A stretch of DNA of 64,000 nt from positions 1,318,375-1,382,374 of the forward strand of contig JAMLJH010000002.1 in assembly GCA_023953615.1 (NCBI GenBank), in the 5' to 3' direction. Positions 49,763 to 58,850 of the stretch are shown piece after piece. Source of the DNA: Verrucomicrobiia bacterium. GTDB lineage: Bacteria; Verrucomicrobiota; Verrucomicrobiia; Limisphaerales; JADLHS01. The stretch's first letter is position 1. Every line of letters starts with the position of its first letter. Both the position numbers and the translations under genes were made by a program. The notes below the pieces were generated by a model that did not search any database, had not been told where the DNA came from, and saw only the letters and a list, made by a program, of their open reading frames with translations.

Positions 49763-52328
49763 TTATAGCCATAGTATCTACGAGGGAACAATTGGATATG
49801 GCTTGGAAAATGGTACATACAAGTGGCTAAGAGAATGGACCAACACGGCAAGTTGGGCTTCAGATATGACTGGGCCTTGCGCAGTTGGCACTAACAGTAC
49901 GAGCGACTCTTGGATTGAGCTATTGTTACCCTACGACTTGGATGGTTGTAACTCTTGTAATTTGATAGAGGAAACGCCAACCCTCCGAATTTATATGTCC
50001 GATCCGCAACCGGAAGGAGGCAGTTGGGTGCGGACGCATACCTTGGAAAACGAGTACACGGATTTCATGTTAAGAGAAGATATTCGCAGTCTGTTGCCGC
50101 CTTATCCGACCAACTGGAATTCGGGCAGCGCCAGTGCTTACTTCAGTCTCGATGAAACGCATGTGTATGGTGCCGGGGCCAAAATGCGCTATCGTTTCAA
50201 GATTCCCAGCTCTGAGAAAGACACGACCTATAAGATTGAATGGGACGAAGTCACGACCTACCCCGATGGTTCCGTCTCCGCAGTGGCCATGTCAGAAGAA
50301 TTGGAAGGAACAGGCGATCCGGTCAATCCGGTGTATGGTTCCGAACATGAGATTGATGTGCCAAGTGTTCCTTGTACGAAAACCGTGGACAACGTCAAAG
50401 TATCGGTGGTGCCTAACGCACCCGGCACTCCAGGCAGCGGCGGTCCGAATGGCGTTGGCAGTTCAGATGGGGGCGGTTTCGGGGGTGGTGGTTGTTTTTC
50501 TTGTGCCTCCGGCGGCAGTGGTGGCAGTATTGGGAGCGGTTCAGCATTTTCCGGGCCGGATTTCCGTATTTCCTTGGGCACGGCGGATTTTGGTTCGTCG
50601 CTCGGGCAACTCACTTTTGCCAGTCCGTTGCCAAATGACCTGGCGTATAGCCCGGTACTGCTTCAATTCACCACAGTTCGTGCTAATGTTGATGTGATTA
50701 AAGCCAGCGGTGCGATTCGCCAAATCAAATCTCCCCAGACATTGGCCGATATTATCACCACTTCGGCGAGCAGCTACGAAATCCGCTTCTACGATCCGGC
50801 GGATGTGGGGGCTTTAAGTTCGGGGCTGTATCCTTTGATTGGCACCCCGACGCCGTTTGTCACTTGGCGGATTGAAAATCCCAACCCAGTCAACAACCTA
50901 ACCTTCCGCCTAACCGAACTGCGGGGCGGCAGCGTCTCACGCCAATGGAATTATACTTATACCGCTTTGACTAAAAGCTGGCAGGTGCAGGTGAACAATG
51001 CTCCGATTGAAGAAGAGGTGTACACGGCGTTTGGTTCATCAACGCGACAACAAATCAATGTGGTTCGCGACCCTAACAATCCAGCGGTCAATGTCCTGCG
51101 GACCAAGCGGACTTATGAGCGGTTCTCGTGGGGGGAGGGTTTGACGGAATACGCCACGGGAGAAGAAGGCAGCTTGAAGAAAACGACCTACACCTATTAT
51201 CCCTACGCTTGGTTTGCGACCGGCGGAACGCGGGTGCCGCTGGAAAGCGTGACGCACCCGGATGGTTCGTGGGAATATTATGCCGGCTATGACGGTGATG
51301 GGCGACCGGTAACGGTCTATTCCTCCTTTGGCAATGTCACTCTGGCCAACTATTACTATGGCCGAAGCACTTACTACTCGTACGACTCGCCCTCTGGCTC
51401 GCCTGACAATGGCAGTATCAATCCGGATATGCCGCGCATGGTTGAGGAATCCCTTCCGGGCGGAGCCATCTCGCGTCGCTATACCATTTATCCGTCGGCT
51501 TATGTTCGCTTGGATATCCAATGCGGTGATTTGGGTGGCTGGAATGCCGCGGATAATCTCATCACGACAAACTTGTTCCATACTTCCGGCACGAATGAAT
51601 TCCGGCTCAAGGCGGTGATTCATCCGGATCACACGATGCAGACGTATGACTATACCAACTCTGCGGACGGCTTGTATCGCACCAATATCACCGCTTCCGG
51701 CCAGCCCAATGCGTCCTATACCGCTGTCGTTGCCGGCACCAGCAACCGGATGGTACTCAATCAGGCGGGCTATCCGGTCGCCACCACCAGTTGGGACCTT
51801 GAATCCGGCATCAAGATTGCCCAAGCCATTTACAGTGATTTTGATGCCTTTGGCCGGCCGCAGCAGGTCGCCTACCTCAACGGTACCGAGGAACACATCA
51901 ATTACAACTGCTGCAATGTCGAAAGTCGGATTGACCAGGACGGGGTGCAGACCTTTTACGGTTATGACAACGCCAAGCGTCCCGTCTCGTCCTGGCGACT
52001 GGGCATCACCAACCTGAACGTCTTGGACCCCGCCGGGCGCGTGGTGCAACGCGTCCGCATCGGCACGGACAGCAGCGCAATCGTTCAGACGCAATACAAA
52101 TTCAATTCCGCCAATGAATTGCTCGCCGAAACCAATGCGCTCAACGGCGTGACCAGTCATACTGAATCCTTCAACAGCGGCACCGGGGAATTGACACACA
52201 CCACCGTTTATCCCGACGGCGGCACCCGGATTGAAGTCCATTACCGCGATGGCTCGCTCAAACAAGTCACCGGCACGGCGGTCAATCCCGTCCGCTACGA
52301 ATATGGAGTGGAGAATGACGGCAGTTAG
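49743..52328 (+). CDS. RHS-family protein, N-terminal and degenerate YD-repeat region only (no Rhs core; probably a truncated gene)
   Basis: 861 aa. Gly/Ser/Cys-rich segment GGGGCFSCASGGSGGSIGSGS, then degenerate YD-type repeats (YDYTNSADGLYRT, FYGYDNAKRPV, VHYRDGSLKQV, VRYEYGVENDGS). The stop at 52326 falls within repeat sequence. The matching C-terminal part lies at 53270..54595. Confidence 0.55.
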   Translation: MRPRTYSYSHSIYEGTIGYGLENGTYKWLREWTNTASWASDMTGPCAVGTNSTSDSWIELLLPYDLDGCNSCNLIEETPTLRIYMSDPQPEGGSWVRTHTLENEYTDFMLREDIRSLLPPYPTNWNSGSASAYFSLDETHVYGAGAKMRYRFKIPSSEKDTTYKIEWDEVTTYPDGSVSAVAMSEELEGTGDPVNPVYGSEHEIDVPSVPCTKTVDNVKVSVVPNAPGTPGSGGPNGVGSSDGGGFGGGGCFSCASGGSGGSIGSGSAFSGPDFRISLGTADFGSSLGQLTFASPLPNDLAYSPVLLQFTTVRANVDVIKASGAIRQIKSPQTLADIITTSASSYEIRFYDPADVGALSSGLYPLIGTPTPFVTWRIENPNPVNNLTFRLTELRGGSVSRQWNYTYTALTKSWQVQVNNAPIEEEVYTAFGSSTRQQINVVRDPNNPAVNVLRTKRTYERFSWGEGLTEYATGEEGSLKKTTYTYYPYAWFATGGTRVPLESVTHPDGSWEYYAGYDGDGRPVTVYSSFGNVTLANYYYGRSTYYSYDSPSGSPDNGSINPDMPRMVEESLPGGAISRRYTIYPSAYVRLDIQCGDLGGWNAADNLITTNLFHTSGTNEFRLKAVIHPDHTMQTYDYTNSADGLYRTNITASGQPNASYTAVVAGTSNRMVLNQAGYPVATTSWDLESGIKIAQAIYSDFDAFGRPQQVAYLNGTEEHINYNCCNVESRIDQDGVQTFYGYDNAKRPVSSWRLGITNLNVLDPAGRVVQRVRIGTDSSAIVQTQYKFNSANELLAETNALNGVTSHTESFNSGTGELTHTTVYPDGGTRIEVHYRDGSLKQVTGTAVNPVRYEYGVENDGS

Positions 52329-52360
52329 TTACCTTTGGCGGGACTCGTGCGCCAGAGAAC

Positions 52361-52726
52361 ATGTGGGATCAACTCCAAGGCTTTTGGAAGCCGGAATATC
52401 GAGCAACTTGGAAAGTTGGGGCGAATCCGCTGACTTGGATGTTGCGGAATGCTCAAGTCCGGTCTCAAACCGAAATGGTTTTTTGCACTGCTTGCGACCA
52501 GTATTGGGGTGTTTACTCGACCAAATACGAAGTCAACGACAAGCTAGATTTGAGACCACATCATCACGGCAATCACGACTTCAGTCTGCTTCTGCACCCG
52601 GGCCAAGACCCTTACGATGCTGCCACGATAATCCTTGGGACGATCTGGCACGATGTTCTGCGGCGGCGCGACGATATCAAAGTAAAAGCATCATGGGAAA
52701 CAACAGACGTATTTTCAGGAAAGTGA
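52361..52726 (+). CDS. Hypothetical 121-aa protein inside the split RHS gene
   Basis: MWDQLQGFWKPEYRATWKVG...HHHGNHDF... . Lower-GC insert. Its stop overlaps the next gene's start (TGATG). No family recognised. Confidence 0.4.
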   Translation: MWDQLQGFWKPEYRATWKVGANPLTWMLRNAQVRSQTEMVFCTACDQYWGVYSTKYEVNDKLDLRPHHHGNHDFSLLLHPGQDPYDAATIILGTIWHDVLRRRDDIKVKASWETTDVFSGK

Positions 52727-53205
52727 TGGCGTTCATCGGGGCTTGCGGCCTGCTGGTGCTCTGCTCTTGTGGCAATGATGGGAGTGGAAGCATTCCAACC
52801 GGAAGCCTCGACGACGTGATGAAGGATGCAGCCTCATTTTACAGCATCCGAGGTGGAAGCGATTACGACCGGCTGCCGTTGCGCTACCCATTTCACATCG
52901 TTGACACCACGGGTGAACCATTGCTTTGCAACGGGCGTGTGGTAGTGGTGGAAAATGTTACTGCGGTCAATGTGCATTCCAACCTCATTTTCGGCACATA
53001 CGGCTCAACTGAAGCTTTTGGAAAAGTTCATCTAGGAGGTTGGTTTATCGTTGAGGTTTCTTCGCACACGAATCTCCCAGCAGCGGGGGAGGCAGAATTC
53101 GTCCGGACACTGGCAGCGAATGGAGTCACGAACCAAGTTCTCCGTTCCATCAAACCGTTGATCAAGGAGTTCATGCACAATGGGACATTGCCATTTGGCC
53201 GTTAG
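52726..53205 (+). CDS. Hypothetical lipoprotein/exported protein (possible immunity-like partner)
   Basis: MAFIGACGLLVLCSCGNDGSGS is a signal peptide with a Cys-containing lipobox-like end. The start ATG shares one base with the upstream stop. The ORF-track extension back to 52231 is read-through over the RHS 3' end. Confidence 0.5.
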   Translation: MAFIGACGLLVLCSCGNDGSGSIPTGSLDDVMKDAASFYSIRGGSDYDRLPLRYPFHIVDTTGEPLLCNGRVVVVENVTAVNVHSNLIFGTYGSTEAFGKVHLGGWFIVEVSSHTNLPAAGEAEFVRTLAANGVTNQVLRSIKPLIKEFMHNGTLPFGR

Positions 53206-53269
53206 TCCCAACACGCTGTCCCGCCAAAAGAAGTGAACTCGACACGCCAACCAATGCAGCAGCCGTACC

Positions 53270-54595
53270 ATGATAATTTGCACTGGCGCAGCGTTCCGGC
53301 TGCACCCGGTGGCGTATTCGTATCTTGCGAATTCGCCGTTGGTGGAGAAACTGTGGTTCACGAACAACACGACGCTGCGGATGACGACGACCCAGAGTTA
53401 TGATTATCTGAACCGGTTGACGGGCAGCGCCAGCGCGGCCGGCGGCTCGAACGTGGCGGTGTTCAACTACACGTACAATCCGGCGAACCAACGCACGGCC
53501 ATTACCAATGTGGACGGTTCGCGCTGGGTCTATCAATACGACAACCTTGGGCAGGTGATTTCGGGCCGGAAGTATTGGAGCGACGGCACGCCGGTTGCGG
53601 GGCAGCAGTTCGAGTATGGCTTTGATGACATCGGTAATCGCAAATCTACTGCCGCTGGTGGTGATGCGCTGGGGATGAACCTGCGGCATGCCGGTTACAC
53701 CAACAACAGCCTGAACCAGATCACGGGGCGGAGCGTGCCGGGGTATGCAAATGTGATTGGGAGTGCGTCCAACGCGGCGACGGTGACGTTGTGGGGCGAT
53801 AATGGAGCTTACAGTGCCACCACCCGCAAAGGAGCTTACTTCCGGGGCGAACTGGCCGTGACCAATACGGTCAACCCGGTATGGCTGACCATCACCAACA
53901 CCGCCGTGCTCAATAACGGCAGCAACCCGGATATTGTGACCAACACGATTGGGAAGACGTACGTGGCCAAGACCCCCGAAGTGTTTTCCTACGACTTGGA
54001 CGGCAACCTGACCAATGATGGCCGTTGGGCCTACACGTGGGATGCCGAGAACCGGTTGACCAAGGTGGAAAGTCTGAGTGGCGCGCCGACGGCATCCAAA
54101 CGCAAAGTGGTTTGGGAGTTTGATGGGAATGGGCGGCGCATCCGGCAAACGACCTACAATGGTAGCAGTGGCAGTTACGTGGCGACGGAAGATTTGAAAT
54201 TCCTTGCGGACGGTTGGCGGCACATTGCGGAACTGAACGCGACGAATAATGCACTATTGCGCTCCTATTCATGGGGGCTGGATATGGGCGGGACACTGGA
54301 TGCTGCGGGAGGCGTGGGTAGCTTGCTGATGCTGAACAGCGTCGCCAACGGGGTGCATTACTACGCGTATGATGGCAATGGCAACGTGGCGGCATTGATC
54401 AAAGCCACGGATGGCTCTGTCTCGCAACAATGCGAGTATGAGCCGTTTGGCAGGCTGCTCCGTAATACCGGGCTGATGGCGAACGAGAACCGCTTTACCT
54501 TCTCGACCAAACGCTGGGATGCGACCACTGATTTGCTGCTGTATGAGTATCGCATCCTAAAGACGGACACCGGAACTTGGCTAAATAGAGACCCG
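53270..54595 (+). pseudogene. RHS C-terminal fragment, truncated inside the Rhs core by an IS21-family insertion
   Basis: YDYLNRLTGS..., FSYDLDGNLTNDG..., YAYDGNGNVAALI...YEPFGRLL...FTFSTKRWDATTDLLLYEYRILKTDTGTWLNRDP. RHS-like sequence stops at RDP (about 54595), before the expected NxYxY..DPxGL motif and toxin tip. Confidence 0.65.
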
Positions 54596-54848
54596 CAGCC
54601 CGCAAAGCCTGCGCGTCATGCAGGGCCTCTTGCAACTAGCCGAAAAACATCCCGCCGCCGAACTGGAAAAGGCGGCGGGAGTCGCCACCCATCATGGCAC
54701 CTGGCGTTTGCGCGATCTCAAGCGCCTCCTGGCTTTGCCCGGCAACGTCGTGCAAATGGACTTTCTGGAAACGCATCCGCTCATCCGTTCCCTGGACGCT
54801 TACCGCATCGAACTCGACCAAAACCAAAACACAACCCCCTCAACATGA
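54585..54848 (+). pseudogene. istA: istA (IS21 transposase) 3'-terminal fragment
   Basis: ...QSLRVMQGLLQLAEKHPAAELEKAAGVATHHGTWRLRDLKRLLALPG... resembles the IstA C-terminus. The whole catalytic part is missing. Confidence 0.55.
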
Positions 54849-55176
54849 TCCAACTCCAAACCACTCTCCGGCAACTGCGCCTCTCCGGCCTCCTGCAAAC
54901 CCTGGAGGTCCGGTTGGCCGAAGCGGCCGCCGCCCGCCTGGGCCACGGCGAGTTCCTCGAACTCATCTGCCAGGACGAACTTAACGTACGGCATCAGCGA
55001 ATGCTCGCCCGCCGCACCAAAGCCGCCGACTTCCGCGCGCTCAAAACTCTCGAAGACTTCGACTGGCAGTTCAATCCCGCCATCCACCGCCAACAAATCT
55101 TCGAACTGGCCGCCGGGAACTACCTGCGCGAAGGCAAAGACCTCCTATTCCTCGGTCCGCCCGGAGTGGGCAAAAC
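54845..55176 (+). pseudogene. istB: istB (IS21 helper ATPase) 5' fragment
   Basis: MIQLQTTLRQLRLSGLLQTLEVRLAEAAAARLGHGEFLELICQDELNVRHQRMLARRTKAADFRALKTLEDFDWQFNP...LLFLGPPGVGKT. Similarity ends at the Walker A motif. Confidence 0.75.
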
Positions 55177-55305
55177 TACAACGAAGCGAGGCCGCACTCG
55201 GCGCTGGAGTATCTGGCACCGGCGGTATTCGCGGCGCGCTGGCGCGCTCCGGTCGGGGCTACGCCCCTCCCTGCGCACGCCAGCGCGGAAACCCTGAAAC
55301 CATGA
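55177..55305 (+). pseudogene. IS3-family (rve integrase) transposase 3'-terminal fragment
   Basis: YNEARPHSALEYLAPAVFAARW... followed by a stop at 55303-55305. YNxxRPHSALxYxxP is the conserved C-terminal motif of rve-type transposases. Confidence 0.6.
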
Positions 55306-55340
55306 ACCAAAACTCTCATTGCACTTGGATCAACAAATGG

Positions 55341-55499
55341 GGGCTTGCCAATCTTGGATCGGTTCCTGCACCATGCGCTCACGATCGCGATTACGGGCCG
55401 CAGCTATCGGGTCAAAGACTCGTTGCCGACGCCGGAAACCAAGAAAGCCAGGAAGTCAAACGAACCGCCGACCGCAACCAGCAGAGCCGAGACGGAATA
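55341..55499 (+). pseudogene. istB: istB 3'-terminal fragment
   Basis: ...LPILDRFLHHALTIAITGRSYRVKD... matches the IstB C-terminal motif (ILDRLLHH...G.SYR). Stop codon at 55497-55499. Confidence 0.65.
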
Positions 55500-55743
55500 A
55501 AGTCAGAGGCCGCCGCGTGCCAGTGGCCAAGACCGGCTGCTACCAGGCTCAACCGGTCTCGGCTCTGCCGGTTGCTAGCGCGCCGTGAAGCGAAAACACT
55601 TGATTGGAAAACCAAAACTGATATGAACTCAAGCACCTCGGGGTGGGTGGTTTTGACCCGCAACTTCGTGGCTGGTTCTCACCCGCAAAATGACATTCCC
55701 GGCTCAACGACATCCAACTGGGCTTCCTGTTGGGAAGCAAAAC

Positions 55744-56064
55744 TTGTGGGTAATTGAAAGCTTGGCGTGACGCTTACTTTCTATCCACTGCTCGTGATGG
55801 CCGTGATCTTCGTCCGGTCTCTTGGTCGTCATCCCAAGTGTTTCATCACAAATGGCAATATTTGTACAGCAAATTGTAGGAAAAAATCCAATTAGTCAGC
55901 AGAGAATTGTGGGTAATTGAAAGACTCGGCGTGACGCTTACATTTGTCAGAACCTAGCCAGAGGCGCTACCGGTGACGCTTACGAAAAACCTCCCAAAAC
56001 CCTACGACGCCAGTTCAGCCATTTTTTCGATGTCAAAGAAGTTTGTAATATCGTGTGACGCTTA
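55744..56064 (+). repeat. IS21-type terminal repeat cluster
   Basis: A 33-35 bp unit TTGTGGGTAATTGAAAG-N-GGCGTGACGCTTAC occurs at 55744..55776 and 55907..55941. Shorter GTGACGCTTA copies lie at 55973..55983 and 56055..56064. The last copy contains the stop codon of the minus-strand gene 56062..57060. Confidence 0.6.
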
Positions 56065-57060
56065 AAGATTGCCGGCTTTTTGTTCCATTTGGGTTTGCAG
56101 CAACCGAAAACTCCGGCAACCGGGGAATAGTCGCACGGCTTCCTTAAAACTCTTGGCGGCTTCTACGAATCGCCCGGCCTCCTGCCAGCACATGCCACGA
56201 ATGGACAAAAAAACGGCCAGTTCTTCCGCTGGCGTCAGCGATTTCAAATACCCCTCAACAGCGACTTCTGCTTCCGTCACTTCAAAAGGCCAGTGGCGAT
56301 AGTAGTCATCCGGGAAACGATTTGCCCCTTGGCCTGTCGCCTCAAAGTTGAAACGCTCCCGCGGGTCCTCCCAACGCACGAATAAGTGCCCCTTGGTCGT
56401 CACGAGTTTTAGCGGATACCCTAAACGTCTCCCCACCGCTACGTACAAAACCGGCAGCGAACTGCATGTGCCTTGCGGGTTTGCTCCCGTCAGGCCGTGA
56501 AGAAATACGTATCGAGAATCGGCGAAGAACCCATCTCCAACCTTCGCTTCCAAAGCACTAGTCATTCTATTCGACGCATAATGAACCTGAAAATCCTCCG
56601 CCAGCACCACCATCAACATGATCATGCGAAAGTACCCTTCAGAGTTTTCAAACTCAGCGGGATTGCGTTGAAAGCGATAGCGATGTCGTTCAGTTTCCGA
56701 ACGCACCCGGGCAGCCATTCGATCAATGACGGCTAATGTGTTTGTCACATTCAGTTTCTCAGTGCCAGGCAAGCTTTCCGCACAGAGCAAATTCATTTGG
56801 GCAATATCAACTCGACTGACATTTATGGGCGACACCTTTAGTAGCACAATCAAACTGTTCGGTTGAAGTGTCTCTGCCGAGAAATCAGCCGACATCAAAA
56901 TCGCCTCTCTCTTGCACCCCAAAATCAGCACGAGGCAACCTGTAATGGTTATCCGATGACAAATTCTTGCAAGCTGAACGGTCGTATTCATGTGTATTGC
57001 CCACAAAATCGAGCGAGAGCCATTTCGCTTTTCGTTCTTAATAATTCTTCCTTCACTCAA
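56062..57060 (-). CDS. Transglutaminase-like cysteine peptidase superfamily protein with helical (TPR-like) C-terminus
   Basis: GTCSSLPVLYVAVGRRLGYPLKLVTTKGHLFVRWED supplies the Cys...His...Asp pattern of the transglutaminase-like core. An alternative start lies at 56991 (MNTTVQL, with a TM/signal-like segment). The 3' end abuts the IS terminal repeat. Confidence 0.6.
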   Translation of the reverse strand: MSEGRIIKNEKRNGSRSILWAIHMNTTVQLARICHRITITGCLVLILGCKREAILMSADFSAETLQPNSLIVLLKVSPINVSRVDIAQMNLLCAESLPGTEKLNVTNTLAVIDRMAARVRSETERHRYRFQRNPAEFENSEGYFRMIMLMVVLAEDFQVHYASNRMTSALEAKVGDGFFADSRYVFLHGLTGANPQGTCSSLPVLYVAVGRRLGYPLKLVTTKGHLFVRWEDPRERFNFEATGQGANRFPDDYYRHWPFEVTEAEVAVEGYLKSLTPAEELAVFLSIRGMCWQEAGRFVEAAKSFKEAVRLFPGCRSFRLLQTQMEQKAGNL

Positions 57061-57153
57061 ACTCGTCCACCAAAGCGAGATAAAGCTATAGCTTGTTAAT
57101 CTTTTGCCCGAGGCAACTTAGCTCCAATTGCCACTAGAACATTTCCCTCTTTC

Positions 57154-57549
57154 TCACAAAGAATCAACAGACACCGTTCGTAGGATGGCAGCAACGGATT
57201 CTCCGTTGGTGGAAACTTGAATGACCACCAACCCGATGTTCTGCGCCGTTCCAAACCCAAACCAAGAGTATTGCTTTCCTTTTGAGAATTTCATCACCCG
57301 CTGATCAGGATTAAGCTCTTTTCCCGCTATAGCGCTGAAATAAACAGGGTCACACCAAATTAAGCTCCTGTTTTCGGCATGTAATTTTTCCTCCAATTTA
57401 TCAAGCGTCATTCCCTTAAAGTCATCTTCTTCCCAGTGCCCAAAATTAGCGGAACACACGCCAGTTATCGTCTTAAACGAAAATGCTACTAGTATTATGA
57501 TAAGAATCAGCGCCACTAGACCAACTTGGTATCTTGTTACTAATTTCAT
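57154..57549 (-). CDS. Putative immunity protein (N-terminally membrane-anchored, 131 aa)
   Basis: MKLVTRYQVGLVALILIIILVAF is a TM anchor. The ATG at 57549-57547 shares one base with the toxin stop (TAATG). Low GC. Confidence 0.5.
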   Translation of the reverse strand: MKLVTRYQVGLVALILIIILVAFSFKTITGVCSANFGHWEEDDFKGMTLDKLEEKLHAENRSLIWCDPVYFSAIAGKELNPDQRVMKFSKGKQYSWFGFGTAQNIGLVVIQVSTNGESVAAILRTVSVDSL

Positions 57550-58376
57550 TAAAATCCCGAGAAATGTCTTCGCCATTCGACTTTAAGTGCATCTGTACTT
57601 GGAAATGCTTGTGTGAAAACAAATGAGGGTAACGGCTTACTGAAACCAGGCACTGGATTAGTTGGCCTCGGAAAGGTTATCGGGTGAGTGGGGAAGAAAG
57701 AAAGCATCAAGCCAGACACGTAGCTATTCGAGTTGAACTGATCCCAACCAATGCCTGTGTATGTTTGATTAGGAAACAGCTCATATTCGAGGGTGGTATT
57801 TAGAAAATTACCGTTCATTGTACTATTTCGGACTGAAACCATGTCCAAAAAAACCAACGCTTGGGCTGCCGAGGAAAATGTCATGACCAAGGATGGATCA
57901 CCAAGTGGCAATAGCACATCTCTTATACGATTGAACCCAGCTACCATTTCGTCCTTATCAAACGGATAATCAGGACCAGCTCCGATGGCTATTCCATACA
58001 TTTGGCATGGACCAATAAAACTATCTGGAGCCAAAGAAGTTTTGCTAAATGCACGCTTAAATTCATACTTCCTTGTTTTCACCAAGTCGACATCGTCGGC
58101 CAGCAACCAAAGCTTGGAGTGGTATGCGTGGATGCCCCAGTCGTCCATCACCATATGATTTCCATACCAGAGCTCTATAAAAAGGCCTAAATAGTCAAAT
58201 TCCCCAATACTCCGGTTCCACGAAAACTGATAAAGATTGCCTCCTCCATGTTCCTGAATCGGATCCCTACTTAACCATCTGCCCGTGCTGGGATTGTAAA
58301 AGGCTTCGGCAGAATGTGTGGCGAATAAAAAAAGCCCTGCTGACAATGCCGTTATCAAAGTCCGTTTGCTTTTCAT
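57549..58376 (-). CDS. Signal peptide + Rhs-core tail + unassigned toxin domain (shell-less Rhs-tail toxin)
   Basis: MKSKRTLITALSAGLFLFATHSAEA | FYNPSTGRWLSRDPIQEHGGGNLYQFSWNRSIGEFDYLGL | about 210 aa of unrecognised sequence. There are no YD repeats. GAGGTG lies 5 nt upstream of the ATG. Confidence 0.7.
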   Translation of the reverse strand: MKSKRTLITALSAGLFLFATHSAEAFYNPSTGRWLSRDPIQEHGGGNLYQFSWNRSIGEFDYLGLFIELWYGNHMVMDDWGIHAYHSKLWLLADDVDLVKTRKYEFKRAFSKTSLAPDSFIGPCQMYGIAIGAGPDYPFDKDEMVAGFNRIRDVLLPLGDPSLVMTFSSAAQALVFLDMVSVRNSTMNGNFLNTTLEYELFPNQTYTGIGWDQFNSNSYVSGLMLSFFPTHPITFPRPTNPVPGFSKPLPSFVFTQAFPSTDALKVEWRRHFSGF

Positions 58377-58395
58377 ATTTCACCTCGTGTAATTA
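58273..58395 (-). repeat. Conserved 5' handle, copy A (RBS + signal peptide + start of Rhs tail)
   Basis: 123 bp with only 4 mismatches (counted by eye) against 60075..60197. Flanking sequence diverges on both sides. Confidence 0.9.
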
Positions 58396-58451
58396 ACTGA
58401 CGTAACGCAGTTTGGCGTCACTGCGCATGTCCAAGTCAAGATTTGTAGATT

Positions 58452-58670
58452 TCAAAAACATACTTGGAAGGATACAAGTTTGTGTCGTATGGACTTGGGA
58501 GGAGGACCGTAGAGCCGGAATGTTCCTCTAGTTTGAAGATCTGATGGCAGGACAGATGTGCCAAATTTTGTGCCGTCGATTCTAGCCCACCATCGAAGTT
58601 TTTGAAGTCGAACCAAGGACTCCTCATTAACGTCCAGCAGTGCTTTGACTTCGATTAAATCCATGCCCAT
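58452..58670 (-). CDS. Possible small ORF (72 aa) between toxin modules
   Basis: MGMDLIEVKALLDVNEESLVRLQKLRWWARIDG... . No recognisable family or RBS. It may be an orphan immunity remnant or non-coding. Confidence 0.2.
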   Translation of the reverse strand: MGMDLIEVKALLDVNEESLVRLQKLRWWARIDGTKFGTSVLPSDLQTRGTFRLYGPPPKSIRHKLVSFQVCF

Positions 58671-58850
58671 CGGCCCAGTTTCGCCGAAAAAAAGAGCGTG
58701 CTTCCGGCCACTGGTCGCCCCTGCTCTGCATCGGTCAACTTTACAACACGCTCCACTTTTGAAGATTGGCATCCAGTTACGATAAGCAAAACCAGCATCA
58801 AGGATTTCTCAGCCCAAAACATCGTATCGTAATCATAAGCATAAATCTTC

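Larger units (their letters stand above)
54585..56064 (+). mobile_element. Decayed IS21-family element (3' portion) carrying an IS3-family fragment
   Basis: The istA C-terminal end and the istB start show the typical ATGA overlap at 54845-54848. The middle of istB is replaced by the 3' end of an rve-type transposase. The istB C-terminus resumes afterwards. Four downstream copies of GTGACGCTTA resemble the multiple terminal repeats typical of IS21 ends. Confidence 0.7.

Noticed and set aside
52231-52725. N-terminal 165 aa of ORF 52231..53205
   Set aside because: It overlaps the RHS 3' end and the 121-aa ORF and has poor composition. A signal peptide begins at the ATG at 52726, which is coupled to the upstream stop.
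53270-55297. A single 675-aa protein as listed in the ORF track
   Set aside because: It is a chimera. RHS sequence runs to about 54595, followed by junk. IS21 istB then happens to be in the same frame, and an IS3 fragment is read in a non-native frame.
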